A stretch of 63,841 nucleotides of DNA, the filler included, from Klebsormidium nitens (taxonomy: Eukaryota > Plantae > Klebsormidiophyceae), in assembly GCA_000708835.1 (NCBI GenBank). It is 5 parts of 5 records of this genome, joined end to end, with 100 filler letters (N's around TTAATTAATTAA, not from the genome) between each part and the next. Parts side by side here need not be neighbours in the genome. Positions count along the whole stretch, not along the records: positions 18,607 to 50,229 come from DF237755.1; 4 more parts are not named here. The stretch is one strand, 5' to 3'. A program made the translations under genes and the position numbers. Each line of letters opens with the position of its first letter. Position 1 is the stretch's first letter. Of this stretch, positions 24,538 to 37,600 are shown one piece after another. The notes under the pieces are model-generated. The model saw only the letters and a program-made list of their open reading frames with translations. It was not told where the DNA came from and made no database searches.

Positions 24538-25616
24538 ATTCCTTGATCTCAGAGAACGTCGACAGAAGGTTTCTCTTCAAAGGAGGGCGCCTTCGGTTAA
24601 ACTTAAAGTTGCAATTGCAGAATCTGAAAAGTACCTACCGAGCTTCTGGAAAACGACGCAGAGCGAGCATACACTGATACAGGCCAGGGCCATACCGCAC
24701 TGCGGCCTCTATGCGCAACGGGTTAAAAGCTTATGTTTAAACCGTGACCCATTCTTAAAGCCTTCCTCCGTTTGCGTTAACCCAATTGACCTGAGGGCTC
24801 CTCCGTAGCTATCGCATGAGCGGTCAAACACAATAGGTTACCTGCTAACCGTCAAGGCCTTGAACCTATCCTAGATTCATGTACCTGACGGCTAGATCTC
24901 AACCGTCCGAGAGCTTGTTGACATCATCATCCACGGTCCTTCTTGGCCTAGTACTGTTCTATTGAAACCGTGGGATAAAGATTCTCAGAACTTGTAGAAA
25001 ACGGACGGCTTGCGTGAAGGCATAGCGTCAACGAGCGTGATTCGTCAGCTCGGCCGGCCAACGTGCATTGCGTGGGTTCTGATTTCTGCGAAGCCCTTGA
25101 TCAGTCTATTAGTATTACTCTGACCATGCGACGCAACGACACCCGAGTACCTTGCTACAAGGAAACTCTGCAGGACTTGTCGACACATTCCATGAAGGCT
25201 CGTTGAAACTTTGTTGCCAGCAGTGAGCACCCTGGAAACCGTTTGCAGATCCTCTGGCGGCAGAGTTTCACCCGCGCCTAAGCTTCCCACCGTGCCACGT
25301 GCAGCCCACCAATTGGTTCGGACTCGGAAGCGTCACAAAAAGCTCGTGCTTAGCAAAAGCGTAGGGCGGTATGGGCCCTAAGAAACGCACTGATTTGATT
25401 AAAGAACAGAGGGTTGCAGTCCTGTGCCAGCCCGTTGACGATCTGTTGACCTTGCAGATTAGCTAAAAAGACGTCGATTCTGAATGAAAGCCAGCAGAGG
25501 ATGTTCCTCAAAGCCACTGGTCAAGCTCCAATCTGCGACGGCGCCAGCTTGTGTGACCAATTGTGCTTTCGGTTGGGTTTCTACGCAATGAGGTGTAAAA
25601 GCTGCAAGGAGGAAGC

Positions 25617-28600
25617 ATGCATTGCCTTGCAAGACAAGCGGTAGGGACACCATCGATCAGAGCCACTCTTGCGTTGCAAACGGTCCAAGCTCGAAAGCCA
25701 TGCGCTTTCGACGGGGCGCACAAACTAAACGAGAAACCCTTCTTGCAGCCCGAGTGGAGACCCAGACCTCACTTGACCCTTTGTTTCCGGAAGCAAAAAC
25801 ATGGAAGGGTTGAACGCAGATCAAAGCTGCAATGGACAGGCAGCATCCGGTTTAGTCAATTTGCAGAGGGTACACACAATGCAGGCACTCAGGAGCCTTC
25901 ATCAGCTGCAGACCTTGTCAGCGAGCTCCTCAAGCTGAGTCAGCAAATCAAAGTTTGCCTCTGGTGTCCCCTGTGCGGCTCAGCCTCCCGCATTGCTGCG
26001 CAGATCCTTGCCTGGGAAAAGGATCTCACGCCGTCCGTCGAGAACCCCACCAGGGCAGAAGTAGGTGGACGAACAACAGCAGAGGGACATCCAACAGCTG
26101 AAAGGCGTTCAAAAGAGAATGGCCACTCAACAGGCAGTGGGAGTCCCAGACTGGAAAAGCGTCAGAACTTCTGGGGCCGTCCATTAGTTGCGATTGCCCT
26201 GGCATTGACTCTTGCGTTGCACCTCTCAACCTGCTCGCCATCACACGCCCACTCCCCAGTCCAGGAAGCCCCCTGTCTGGTTGCACCCTCTCCTAAGAGA
26301 ACACCAGCCGCCTCCTCAGCCACAAAATTAGACACCGCTGATGTCATTTGTCCGGAAGCTGAGGTCAACCACTTGAAGTCTGATGACAAAGCTGGGGGAC
26401 TTGGGTGGGGTGTGTTTGAATCTGCGGTGCGTCAGCAAGCATCAGGGGGAGTTGCGGCACCAGCCGGCGCAGAGGATAGCTCTGTGTTGCCAGAGGACTG
26501 CCCTCAAACTGTGGATTCGGGGCATTCGTACCACACAAGCGCACCGCAACACGCTTCTTCCAGCGCAAGTTCTGCGTTGAACCAAGCTGCAAGCTCGCCC
26601 AGAAACCCTTCAGATCCTCCAAACCCTGCGGGATGGGCGAGTCTCAGCGCTCTCTCGCACACCCCCCATGTTCCGCAGCTGAAACTGCCCCCCTGGTTGA
26701 CAGAGGCGCGCTTGCAGCAGTTTTTCGCGGAGACGGGGGAAGCATGGGGTAGAATGAATCTCACAATCAGCAGGAGCACAATCCATGCAATCGCCAGGGG
26801 GTGGTGGTTTGGCCTACCCCAGAACATTGAGATCTCTGAGCAGGTGAGGATTTCGTTTCCAGAGACATTGCTTTGAAGAGAGTCCCAGCAGAACACCTGT
26901 GTGACTGTGTCCAAGTTGTAGAGCACGGTGGTTGCTTGAAAATCTTCAGTGTCCATTCTTTCCTTCTTTCAGGTAAAGATCGAACCAAGGTACTTCACGA
27001 GCAACCGAGGTTCTTGTTTGAATCACGCTTGCCTTGAGGAGATATTTTGATACGCCGCAAACAACGCAATCCGGATCTGACGCATCGATGTGACGCCAAA
27101 CACCACCAGGCCAGTCGTTCACAGCAAAGCAATGTTTCTCGAATGCAAGCGATGTGATTAGGCTAATATTTCCCCTCTTCCAAATAGTTGTCGCAGGTCA
27201 TTATGTGAGGCCGTCGAGCGGGCGGACTCGATCTGTCTGAAGGACTGAGCATTTTTTGCTTTGGAAAAGCAGAAAGGGAAGAGAGGGCCTGAGCAGCAGT
27301 GCGCAATGTTCAGGGTGCGCACTTTCGTCTTCGGAGGACCTGAAGCTGACTGACTGGGGTTCGCCAACATTTTTAACGGCACGAGAAACGGGTTTAGCTA
27401 ATAAAGCGCTTCTTCTTTCCAAACACAGGCGTACGAGGTTGGCACGGGCGAGAGCCTTGGCAGCGTTGCGGGTTTCCTAGGCGTCCCCCTAGAGGACCTC
27501 AAGGCGACTAACCCGGGGGTTAGCAACCCGCTCCGCCCGGGTCAAAGCCTGCACATTCCGGCGAACCGGCAGCTTGGATTGGGAGAGAACCGGAAGTGGC
27601 GGAAACGGAAACGGAAACCCGGAAAAGGGCTGCTGGCGCTCAGTCACAGCGTGCCGCAGCCGGTGCGGGTGGCGCTGGTGTTCCTAACCGAGAAATGGGA
27701 CCGGGTAAGTATAAACCGGACTGGATAGATGCGCATGTTAAGCAAAGCACAGAGTATCTTTGAACGCGCTGAGACAAATTATACACCTCCATAGTATGTG
27801 CTTCTCTCCCAGAAGAGGACGTAAGCGGTTCCTGCTTTGCTGAGTTGTCTTGATCCCCAATATACAGAGAAGCTCTATTGTAATCAGATGCAACACCTGA
27901 TGATGTAGTCGCCTCCTTTGCTCAGTTGGTACCCGGAATTGAACTGCTTTCCGCGACTTCGATTAGTATCCGCTGATCTCGCGCTGTGTTCCCCAAGCCT
28001 AGCTCACTACTTTTCAGTTGGACCCTTCGCAAATTACATCATCTTGTAAGCACCAGTCTGTGAGGAGCTTCGAAGCGGGTCCGAAGAGCTAATATTCGAC
28101 AGAAGAACGGTGCAATTCTGTTAGCGAAAGAACGAGCTGATCAGAACAAGCGCTCCTGCAGTTGGCGTACCAGTGCCAGCTGGCGCTCGAGTGGCACCCG
28201 GCGAGCCACGTCATCATCTGCGTGGCAGGCATGGTTGCGATCGTGTTGGGCGGTGCGGTGTTCTACCGGCTGAGTACACAAATGGGATGGACTGAGGCCG
28301 TCTTCAAGGCGTGGATGTATGTTTACAATTCGCCTGGTGAGCTCCATGCCAAGCTGCCTCATACTTCAAATGATTCGCGCTTGCTCTCTTCTAAGTTCCG
28401 TCTACATCAACGATCGAGGGCTTTCAATCTGGTTTAGGGCGCTCGTCGTGAACACAGTCTCCGACGAAGCGGATCCGTTACACAAGCAGAGCCATTAGGA
28501 AGATATCGAGCACAACAGCAGAATAACCAGGAGCATAAGGACCCAAATCAGAGGGCCTTCCGTGACGGGATCAGAGGGCCTTTCCTGACTGAAGGGATGG

Positions 28601-31600
28601 AAGGAAAACGCGGACTGCAGTTTGCAGTCCCGAACCCCCACGCCGCGTGATACTCTGTGCGCGAGCAAACGTGGTCTGGTAACGTCACCGTCGGCGAGGT
28701 TTCACATGCCGTGCTCCGGACATGTTGGCTTGACTTTCGCCGTCGGCTGCAAAACGTCGGACCGCCGTTAACTCAAACTCGACGTTCCCGGTCGCGCGCC
28801 ACTTGAAAGTTGAGTATCAAGCGGTGTGGGGGTCTGGGAAGACTGCGATTCTCAATGCATGTTCTCCTTCCATCACCTCTGACTGTCCCTGGCACTTTCT
28901 CCTCCCAACTTATCCCCTTAGCCATTCTCGATTCTTGGGAATGCATTCTACATCACCGTTCTGAGTGACTTCTGCAATTTCTGCCGTACTCAAGTAACTC
29001 GTCTCAATCTTCCTCTTTGTGCAGGCGCTGACTTGCACCACGTGAAAGGCAGCGCCCGCCTGTTCGGCAGCATGCTGTTCATGGTCGTGCAGCACATCCG
29101 TCCGCTCCTTCTCTGGCGACACGCTCTCTTAAGTCTGTATGTTTTGAACACTTTCCGGAACACAATCTGACAGATTTGAGATCACTTCATCGTCGCAGGC
29201 GCTGATCTGCACCACGTGAAAGGGAGCGCCCGCCTGTTCGGCAGCATGCTTTTCATGGTCGGCCTGCTCGCGTCCGCCTTCTTCATCTCCGTCTTCACCG
29301 AGAGCATGCTCAACCAGGTGGACGTGCTTCGGAGCGGGAAAAGCCGGGTCGTGGAAAGCGGGCACGTGCTGGTAAGTATCTAACGCCCGGCTTGACCCTC
29401 CGTTACGCCTGGATGATGCGCCTGGTAGAAAGGTTCAATTCTTCGACGAGAATGCTCAACGAGACCATGCTCAACCGGATCCACGTGCGGCGGAGCTGGA
29501 AAAGCCAAGTAGTGGAAACCGGGCTCGTGCTGGTGAGTCCGATTGCCTGGATGATGCGCCCGGTAGTACGGTTATACGGTTAGCTCAGAACTTCACTATC
29601 GGAACAGCTTGGTGAATGAGAGCATGCTCAAAGGTGGACGACTTGCGTAGCGGCAAGAGCCGGGCCGTGGGCACGTGCTGGTGAGCTCACAGACCGGCAC
29701 AAGCGCCTGGAAAATCGAGCGGTACTGCGAGTGACACAGAGAATGATCCCCGCAAAGGGTGTGTGGTTGTGCTTCGCAGCTGCAAGAGGAAGGATCCGGG
29801 CATGTGTTGGTGTATCGAAGTGCCCGGTCGTAACAGCCGGCAAAATCAGCCGGTGATGCCTTCTTGTGTGCTGAGGCTGAAACTACTGAAGCGGATTGTA
29901 CTCTCAGGGCCCTATTCATTCCGCTCGAATACTCAGCTAGAACAACGCGCCGCTCCGCGTTTCATCTTCGCGCAATGCCGTAGCCCACGCAACCATTTAT
30001 ACATTTCATCATGGACGAAATTTTGCAGTCCGATAGAAGCTGTACCCATTCCGTTTAGGTTCTCGGCTGGAAGAACGCGACCGTTCCGCTGCTCCGCGAG
30101 CTGGCCGCCGCCGGAACGCCACCATCAGATCGATCAGCATTGAATTTGAAGCTGCGACTTGCAATCAGCTCTTGATTCAAACGCCCGTTAATTCGTTCCG
30201 TTCAGGTTCTTGGCTGGAACAACGCAACCGTTCCGCTCATCCGCGAGCTCGCCGCCGCCGGAAACAATCACGGCCCGGCGTCCCAGAGCAAGATCGGCGG
30301 ACACCGGACTGTGGTCGTGCTGGCGGAAAAGGAAAAGGACGAGATGGAAGCGGAGATCGCGCGCGCTATCTCGAAAGAGGAGCTGAAGCGCACGCGCGTG
30401 GTGTGCCGTGTTGGGGACCCGAGCGATCGGTATGCGCAGGTGAGGTCATAGCCCCTTTCGCTGACGTCACCTCTTGGCGTCACCTTGAAAGCTGTCCTTC
30501 TTAGACAAGTCCGATCTGGACCGATCGCCCATGAGATCGCTGCATAAGAATCATCACACAGTTCGAGTTCGGTTTTGAACGGCGATTAAAGTCGTGTCGA
30601 AAAACAAAGCTTGACGTTTGAAGCCGCCGTAGAAGGAGTAGAGTGGGAGCCGAGCAATTGGTCCAGACGGCGCTCCACACGGGGACGTGTGTTATGCCGG
30701 TCAAGGAAGCGACCATGCGCTAGTCTTCTCACGGGTACATTTCGTTGAATAGTGACGGAGTAGTGCTTCAAAAACTAAATCGAACCCGCAACGAAGACAC
30801 TCGAACCGCAGTTGATCGTCTAAAACGGGAGCGCAGGCGGGGTGTTGACTAGAGAGAGGTTGCACTTTTGCCGCAATCATGGGCTTACTCTTGAATGCAA
30901 GCGGTCGAACTTGCAGGAAGTTACCACTTGCGTGAAATGGTCGTCATTGGAAGCCGCGTTCCGTTCACGAAGACCACTGCTCCAATTTACGCTTTTGGTC
31001 CATCCGTATGAAAATGGTTAGTGTGCTGGCTCAAAATGCGCGTTTCGTGCGCGCACACTTGTGGTTGGCGGCTGAGCGCGCGCGTTCCGTTGTGGTGCTG
31101 CCGGAAAGGCGAGGAAGCAATCGTTGAATCGAGGCGCATTCAAAAAAACCTTGTTCCTGCGCGCCTACAGTTGTGGGTGGCGGCTGAGCGCGCGCGTTCC
31201 GTCGTGGTGCTGGCGGAAGACGACGAGGAACCGGAAATGGCGGACACCAAGGCGCTGCGCGTCGTGCTCGCGACCAAGGGAAGCGTCGCCAAGCAAATGC
31301 GCGCGCGCTCGCGCCAAAAGCTGGCCGAGAGCCTGGTAACAGATTTCAAGCTTGTACCTCATCGATGAATCGAGCTGACGTTAAAACAAATTATTCAAAC
31401 GAGGACGTCATGAGAAAATATTGGGGGCCGCTTTGCCGGACAGGCATGCGAGCGGTCGCCCCGATGCAGGCGGAGGCAGGTTAAAAACCTAGGTCACGAG
31501 TATAAAGTCCGGCTCGAAAGAAATATTAGGGTCATCTCAGGTTACTCAGACATGCGAATCCCTCCAAAGATCGAGTCCCTCAAAGCAACAAATTTTCAGC

Positions 31601-34600
31601 ATAGCATCCGTGTTACCAAACATTACTTGGACCGGAGGAAAAAGGCCGTAATGACGAGCACTTCTCGCTGGACTAGCGGGCAAAGAGCTTGCATGTGACC
31701 GATCAACGGCCAAACTCTTTTTGGAAAAGAAGGATATCAGATCTGCAGGAAAAACGTGCAGCCCCTCGGAATTGGATTGGCAATATTTATCTAGTTGAGT
31801 ATAATCAAGTTCGGAGTGTGAGAAGAGGTCCCGGTTGTCGTACAGAAGCTTCCGCTTGCAGTTTGGCGCTTCTTAATTGTCTAGAGGACGTTCGTCGGAA
31901 CCTGTGCCGGGATGACATGATATTAGGAGTGCATTTTCTTCTGCGAAGCAGGTTGTTTCACGGCTTGCGAGGTCAGAGGACTGCCAAGCTGGAAGTCCAG
32001 GCAACGTTCTTGGAACACCAAAATGGTAGCTGGAAGTCCAGGCAACGTTCTTGGAACACCAAAATGATCAGACTGGATATTAATTGAATGACAGACCCAC
32101 TGAAGTTGATCTGACGTCATGAAAACCATATTACCAGCAGTCGGAGGCGCGCCTGGCGAGCCCGAGCGGCCGCGACGCCAAGAGCGCGCGCCACATCGAC
32201 AGCCGCGCGACCGTGGAACTAGAGGAGGGAGTCGAGCCGACGCTGCCCATGGTGGTGCAGGCGCAGACCGCGCGCGGGCACCACCTGGTGAAGCTCGCGG
32301 GGGGGGACCAGGTAAGCCAAACTTTGTTAGTTATACCCCCCCATTCCAAGGACGTTGTAATTGAAAGGAAGCCCGGTGCTGCTACTTTCTTAGAGACGCA
32401 AAGGCATGCGGGCGCGACCTTAAAGCTTGCGGGGGAGGCCAGAAGGTGAGGATACCTGCGAGGTTCGTCCCGCACTTTCGAAGGATTTGGCCCTCCATCT
32501 GTAATCTGTGTAAAGGAACTAGAGAGGAGCGTCGCGAGCGGAGTCCTGCCCTTATTGGGGCAGGCGCAGACCTCGTCAAGCTCGCGGGGAGTTACCAGAT
32601 GTGCGAGGGGCCTTGTTTTGACAGTCCTTAGTGTAAGTGTTTGGGGCATCCTTGCCAGTGGCATGGCTCAGAAACATGGCAGAGAGCGGCCATAGTGCAT
32701 GAAACGCTAGGGCTTCTTCCGAAAGTTTAATGTTTCTCTCGACCTTTTGAACAGGACCTCTAGCCTGCGAGTCGTCAGCCCCTGATATCGAGCACCTCAA
32801 TGGATCGAGGTTCGCATTCCAAATCTGCACCCACTATAGCCCCTATCTAACCCAATCCGTCCCAGTTCCTTCCCCTTATTGTCCACTGCATTGAGCTGAG
32901 TGACTATATTGGCTTGTAATCTGGACTGCGCCATCAGTAATGAGTTTCGTTGCCACGTGTCAGGTCACGACGGTGGACACGCGCAAGCTGGTGGGGCGGC
33001 ATCTGGTGCAGTGCGCGGTGCAGATGCGCGGGCTGGCCGCGGTCATGCGCAGGCTGCAGAGCTTCGACGACGAGGAGTTTTACATCAAGTGAGTCTCAAC
33101 GGAAGCGAAACTTATATCGCATCAAGTGAGTTCCAAAGAGGGGGAAGCTTACATCAAAGTGAGTGTCAAAAAGGAGGAAAAGAGGAGTAATCTCCTCTTT
33201 GCATGCGCTGCAAGTACTGCGAATGCGCATTTGTGCAAGAAAGTGGATGGAGGAATCTGCCAGTCCTTGGGTTCTAATTTGTTTGAGACATGCCGCGTGT
33301 TTGCCCAGGGTAAAGATAGATCCCAAAGACGGCGTATTAGGAAAGCACGTTCAGATGTAGACCAGCTCAGAAAGCAGTTTCGATACAGCGTTACATCACT
33401 CAACGGGCGAGGAGCTATCTGCTCTTCTGGTTCTCGAAATAGATACTCTTCTCTTCCGTTGAAAGACTTGTGTAATTGCCATTCATCCTTTCTCCGGCGG
33501 GCGTCAAAAACGCTCCTCTTACAACCTGCTCGGTCTTTTGAGAGCCCATCATGAGGACATTCCCGGGCCACGTTTGCCGACGTCAGCGCCGCGTCATCGC
33601 AGGCAGTGGCCGAGCCTGACGGGGCGCACGTTCGAAGAGGTCTGCCGGTCGTTCGTGGGCGCGGTCCCGGTGGGCGTCGTGGACGGGGACAAGCAGCTGG
33701 TGAGAGATCCCCCTGGCTTCAAAGCAGATTTCCAATTTGAAGTATCTGAAGATTGAAAACATTGAGCAACTCTGTGGTCTTTGTTTCAAAGAGGTCTGCC
33801 AGTAAACTGTGGTGCGGTCCCGTGGAAGTCGTCTGCAGCTGGTGAGGGCGTCCCTCCTCTTGAAAATACTTCTTCACTTTTAGAAAAGTACCTTTAGGAG
33901 TAACATCGTCGACTGGTTTGAGATTTTGTTTCCTCGGATGCATTTCAAGCAATTTTAAGACAGGAAGAACTTCCTGTTATCTCTTTAAAACCTGAGCCCA
34001 GGAGGGGACGCACGGACGAGTACCTAAAGCGTATCGATCCTCAAAGTGGTCGATCGGTGCCGGTAAAGAACGCGGCAACTCTGCCCAGCATCCGCTGTGA
34101 GGATGTGACTCGATTCTTCGGCGATCGGAGTGTTTTGAATGTAAGACCTAGCAAGAGTTAAGGACTACGTAGTCCATGAAAAGCTCTCTGATTCAAGGCA
34201 TATCCCCGGCAACAAATGAGCAACCAATGTCTCCAAAACTTTTTACATCTCGGCAAACTCCCAAAACCTCCTTCGCAGCTCCTGTTGCCGCCTTTCGACC
34301 GCGTGATGCGCAAGTCGGACTACGTCGTCGTGGTTGCGGACGGCAAGGACGGGTACCGTCCGTTGTCCGCCCCAATCCGGCGGATCAACACCGCGCTACC
34401 CAAGTGGACGGAACCACCAAACGTGCCCGGGAAGTACCTCATCGTGGGCTGGGGGCCCACCCTGGTAAGCGACCGGCTACTGCCTCTGCGCTTTCGTTTA
34501 TTGTTTTGCCACACCTTATATGATTCTCGACACTGCATAATACGGGTTCCTGGATCCTGTTCTTCAGTTAAGAAATTTTTGAAAGCCCTTTAGGGCGCTT

Positions 34601-37600
34601 CTACTCTCCTCGCAAGTCGTCACAACGCTACGAGCACGGACAACTCCACCGCGGAGAAGAATGCTTACGTCAGATATGATGACTTGCGTGCTAAGAGAGG
34701 GAAATCTATGAGGCATATAAAAGGGAGGTCAGACCTTGCCCATTTTTGCATCTTTGCAAGCTTGGGAAGGCACTACCAAACAAACAACAGTGCACGAATA
34801 GAGCAGAACAGCCGTAGCTCGCAGCTTAACCGCAATTGACAAAATCATGGCGGATTGACTAACCTGGTAGATCTCGGCAGCAACTTGAACGTGCTGATTA
34901 CAGCTGCGTATCAAAACGCTGCAAAACAATCCTTCTCGCAAACTCTTTGCAGACGCCACGCAGAGAAGCTTAGTCATTCAATCACAGCTGACTGACTGAT
35001 GTACAATCGGGGTTATCTTTCAGGTCGACATGATAACCGAGATGGATAACCTGGTGAACCCGGGGAGCGACCTGTTGATTGCCGCTGCGCTTCCGGAGGC
35101 CGAGATGCAGCGCCGGCTCTACGCTGGGGGGATCATGACGTCACCGTGCGTGCGGAAAGGCTGCTTCGCGTGCAAAGGTGAGCTGAGGGCCGGTCCGCTT
35201 CATGATTGACATTATCTTGAAAATCAAATATGTTAAGAGGCTTCTTGCTGAGTCCGTTACCCGCAATTTGAGACGCAGGCAATCTGTGAAGGAACCTGCT
35301 CTCTTATTGCTGCCGGAGGTGGAAGCGGAGAAGTCCGTTTAGTTTATGCAGACTCGCTCGATTCTCATTGTGTATGAGAGTCGCGTCTGAAACGTTCACT
35401 CGATCTTTCGTCGTTTGACCTTGCACTCAACTGCTTGGAGCGCTTTAGCGAGGACGGAGTCAGCGGGCCTTCTCTCGCCACCAGAAGGTTGAAGCAAAGC
35501 GATTTTTGATCGTCAGACTGAAGTTCGTTTCGTCTTTTCGACGCTAATCCTATGCGCTACCTTGTCTTAAAACACATGTTTAACCTTAGACTTCAGTCTT
35601 AAATGGATCAGCACACAGTAAAGGTTTCGAGGCGACCCTAAATCTGCAGAAACATTCAAAGTGTCGTCTCACATGGGAAAGATGGGAAGCAACTTGGGAA
35701 GACAATAACAGGTGAATGATTACTTTTCAGTTCGGAAATAAGCCAGACGAAGGATGCGGACACGTGTCCTGCAGGCAACGATCACGGCAGCCCCGTGGCG
35801 TGCCTGTCGCAGCTATCGGTGCACCTTCACACCACCCTACCGCCCGGCCAGGAGGAGAGTGTGAATAGCCCCGCCGATGCAGAGAGTTCGAGCGGAGATC
35901 TAGAGTCCTTGGGCCCACTCGCGAGCTCGACCCAATTTGAAGCCGTCATTTTGCTGGCCGCAAAATATGCGCCGGACGGTACTTTAGACGCGTACGGAAG
36001 GTGAGGGGCGACCAGGGTTCGTGTTCGTATCACTTTCAGGTCGCCTTTGTTGGACCTTAATACCAGGTTGACAGATTCCGTTCAAAGCGTCTCGTTTTAC
36101 GGGTGGAGAAATGTGCGCTGGACGGCACTTTTGGACGCGTAAGGAAGGTGAGGGGCGACCAGGAACCGTGTTTCTATTGCTGTCAGGTCGCCTTTCGTGT
36201 GACCCCTTGTCACGAATGACGCAGTTCGAGACCCGTCATTCTGCTGGCGGCCTGATATGCGCCGGACGGCACTTTTGACGCGTACGGAAGATGAGGGGCG
36301 CTCTTCCCAGGTCGCTTTGTATCTTCAGGGATTGCGGTAGATTGTTCGTATAAACGTGTGAAGCCGTCATTTGGGTGGCTGCAAAACGTCCGCGGAATAA
36401 GTTGGGAGCGGTGCGCTGCGAAAGGGTTGTCATTCTGTTGGATATAAGGTGGGGGAAGAGAAAAGGAAAGGGGCACCAATATGCAACTCATTGCCTTGAG
36501 AGCAGTGTCCTACGTCTGCTCTCTTATGCAGCAAGCGACCTGGCCATTTAGGTTGCCACCACGAATGGCCAGGAACAAGTTCCTGAACTCCTTCCCGGAA
36601 AAGTTGAGAGCTTTGAAGCCGTCTAAAAACCTGATCTTCAATCCCTAAACCTTGAACTGGGATATGATGACCAACACCAGAAGGTAGTTTGGGTCTAGAG
36701 GTTTCGGTTTTTATTCTACAATGTTCTGGTGACTGTGGACTCTGGGTTTCCCACTTTAGTGTACCGGTACAAACGTTTGTACCGTTTGAGTTCGGATGTG
36801 CTTTCGGTCCTTACACCACCCGATTATATAAATAACCTAACAAATGATCCCTGTTCTTGCAGTGACTCCTCGTGCCTGGCGACGATCCTGCTGCTGCAGG
36901 AGAAGGCGGAGCTGGACGCGGAGAGGGATCCCCCGGTCGAGGACACGCACATCGTCGCCGAGATCGTGGATCGCGCCACCAAGAAACTGGTTAAGGTGCG
37001 GTGAAGACCCTTGCGTCTTTATACTTTCTTAATGCTGGTTGGCTTAACCCGACCTGGTAGAGAATCCCTTGTCGAGGAGCCACACGTCGTCGCATATATT
37101 CTTGGATCATGCCACCAGAAAACTGGTCAAGGTGAGGAGTCAAGATTTCCGTCACCGTTTGACGAAACGCTTTTCTCGAATCCGGGGTCCCCAATTCCTG
37201 ACTCACGTTTTTCTTGATACGTGTCAGCTCGTTTATCGACCGATGCCATGTCTTTGTTGTCATTGTCAAAACGAGCCTACTTTATTCCTCCGTTATGCTG
37301 AACACCCCCCCGCTTGCCACGTGTCAGGTCGTCAACCGTGACGTGGACTCCGTGGTGGGCACGGAGATGATGGCACGTGTCCTCGCGATGGCCAGCGAGG
37401 ACCAGGCCGTGATCGCGCTCTGGCGGGACCTGCTGAGCGCCGACGGGAAGGACGTCTACCTCAAACCCGCACGAAGGTTAGCATAACCCATGATTCTATC
37501 TTTTTTAATCAACTTTTCGCTTCTTTACACTTCTTTACATAGTTTGCCCAAGGTCAGCTTTACACAAACTTTGGTTGTTCAAGAAATAATCTAACATAAC

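Noticed and set aside
26973-26989. Possible 17-nt microexon (TTTCAG|GTAAAGATCGAACCAAG|GTACTT) between channel exons 1 and 2
   Set aside because: Inclusion shifts the LysM exon out of frame to a stop at 27480, whereas direct phase-0 joining keeps the 3675-nt frame. It remains a possible poison exon and a caveat for exon 1.
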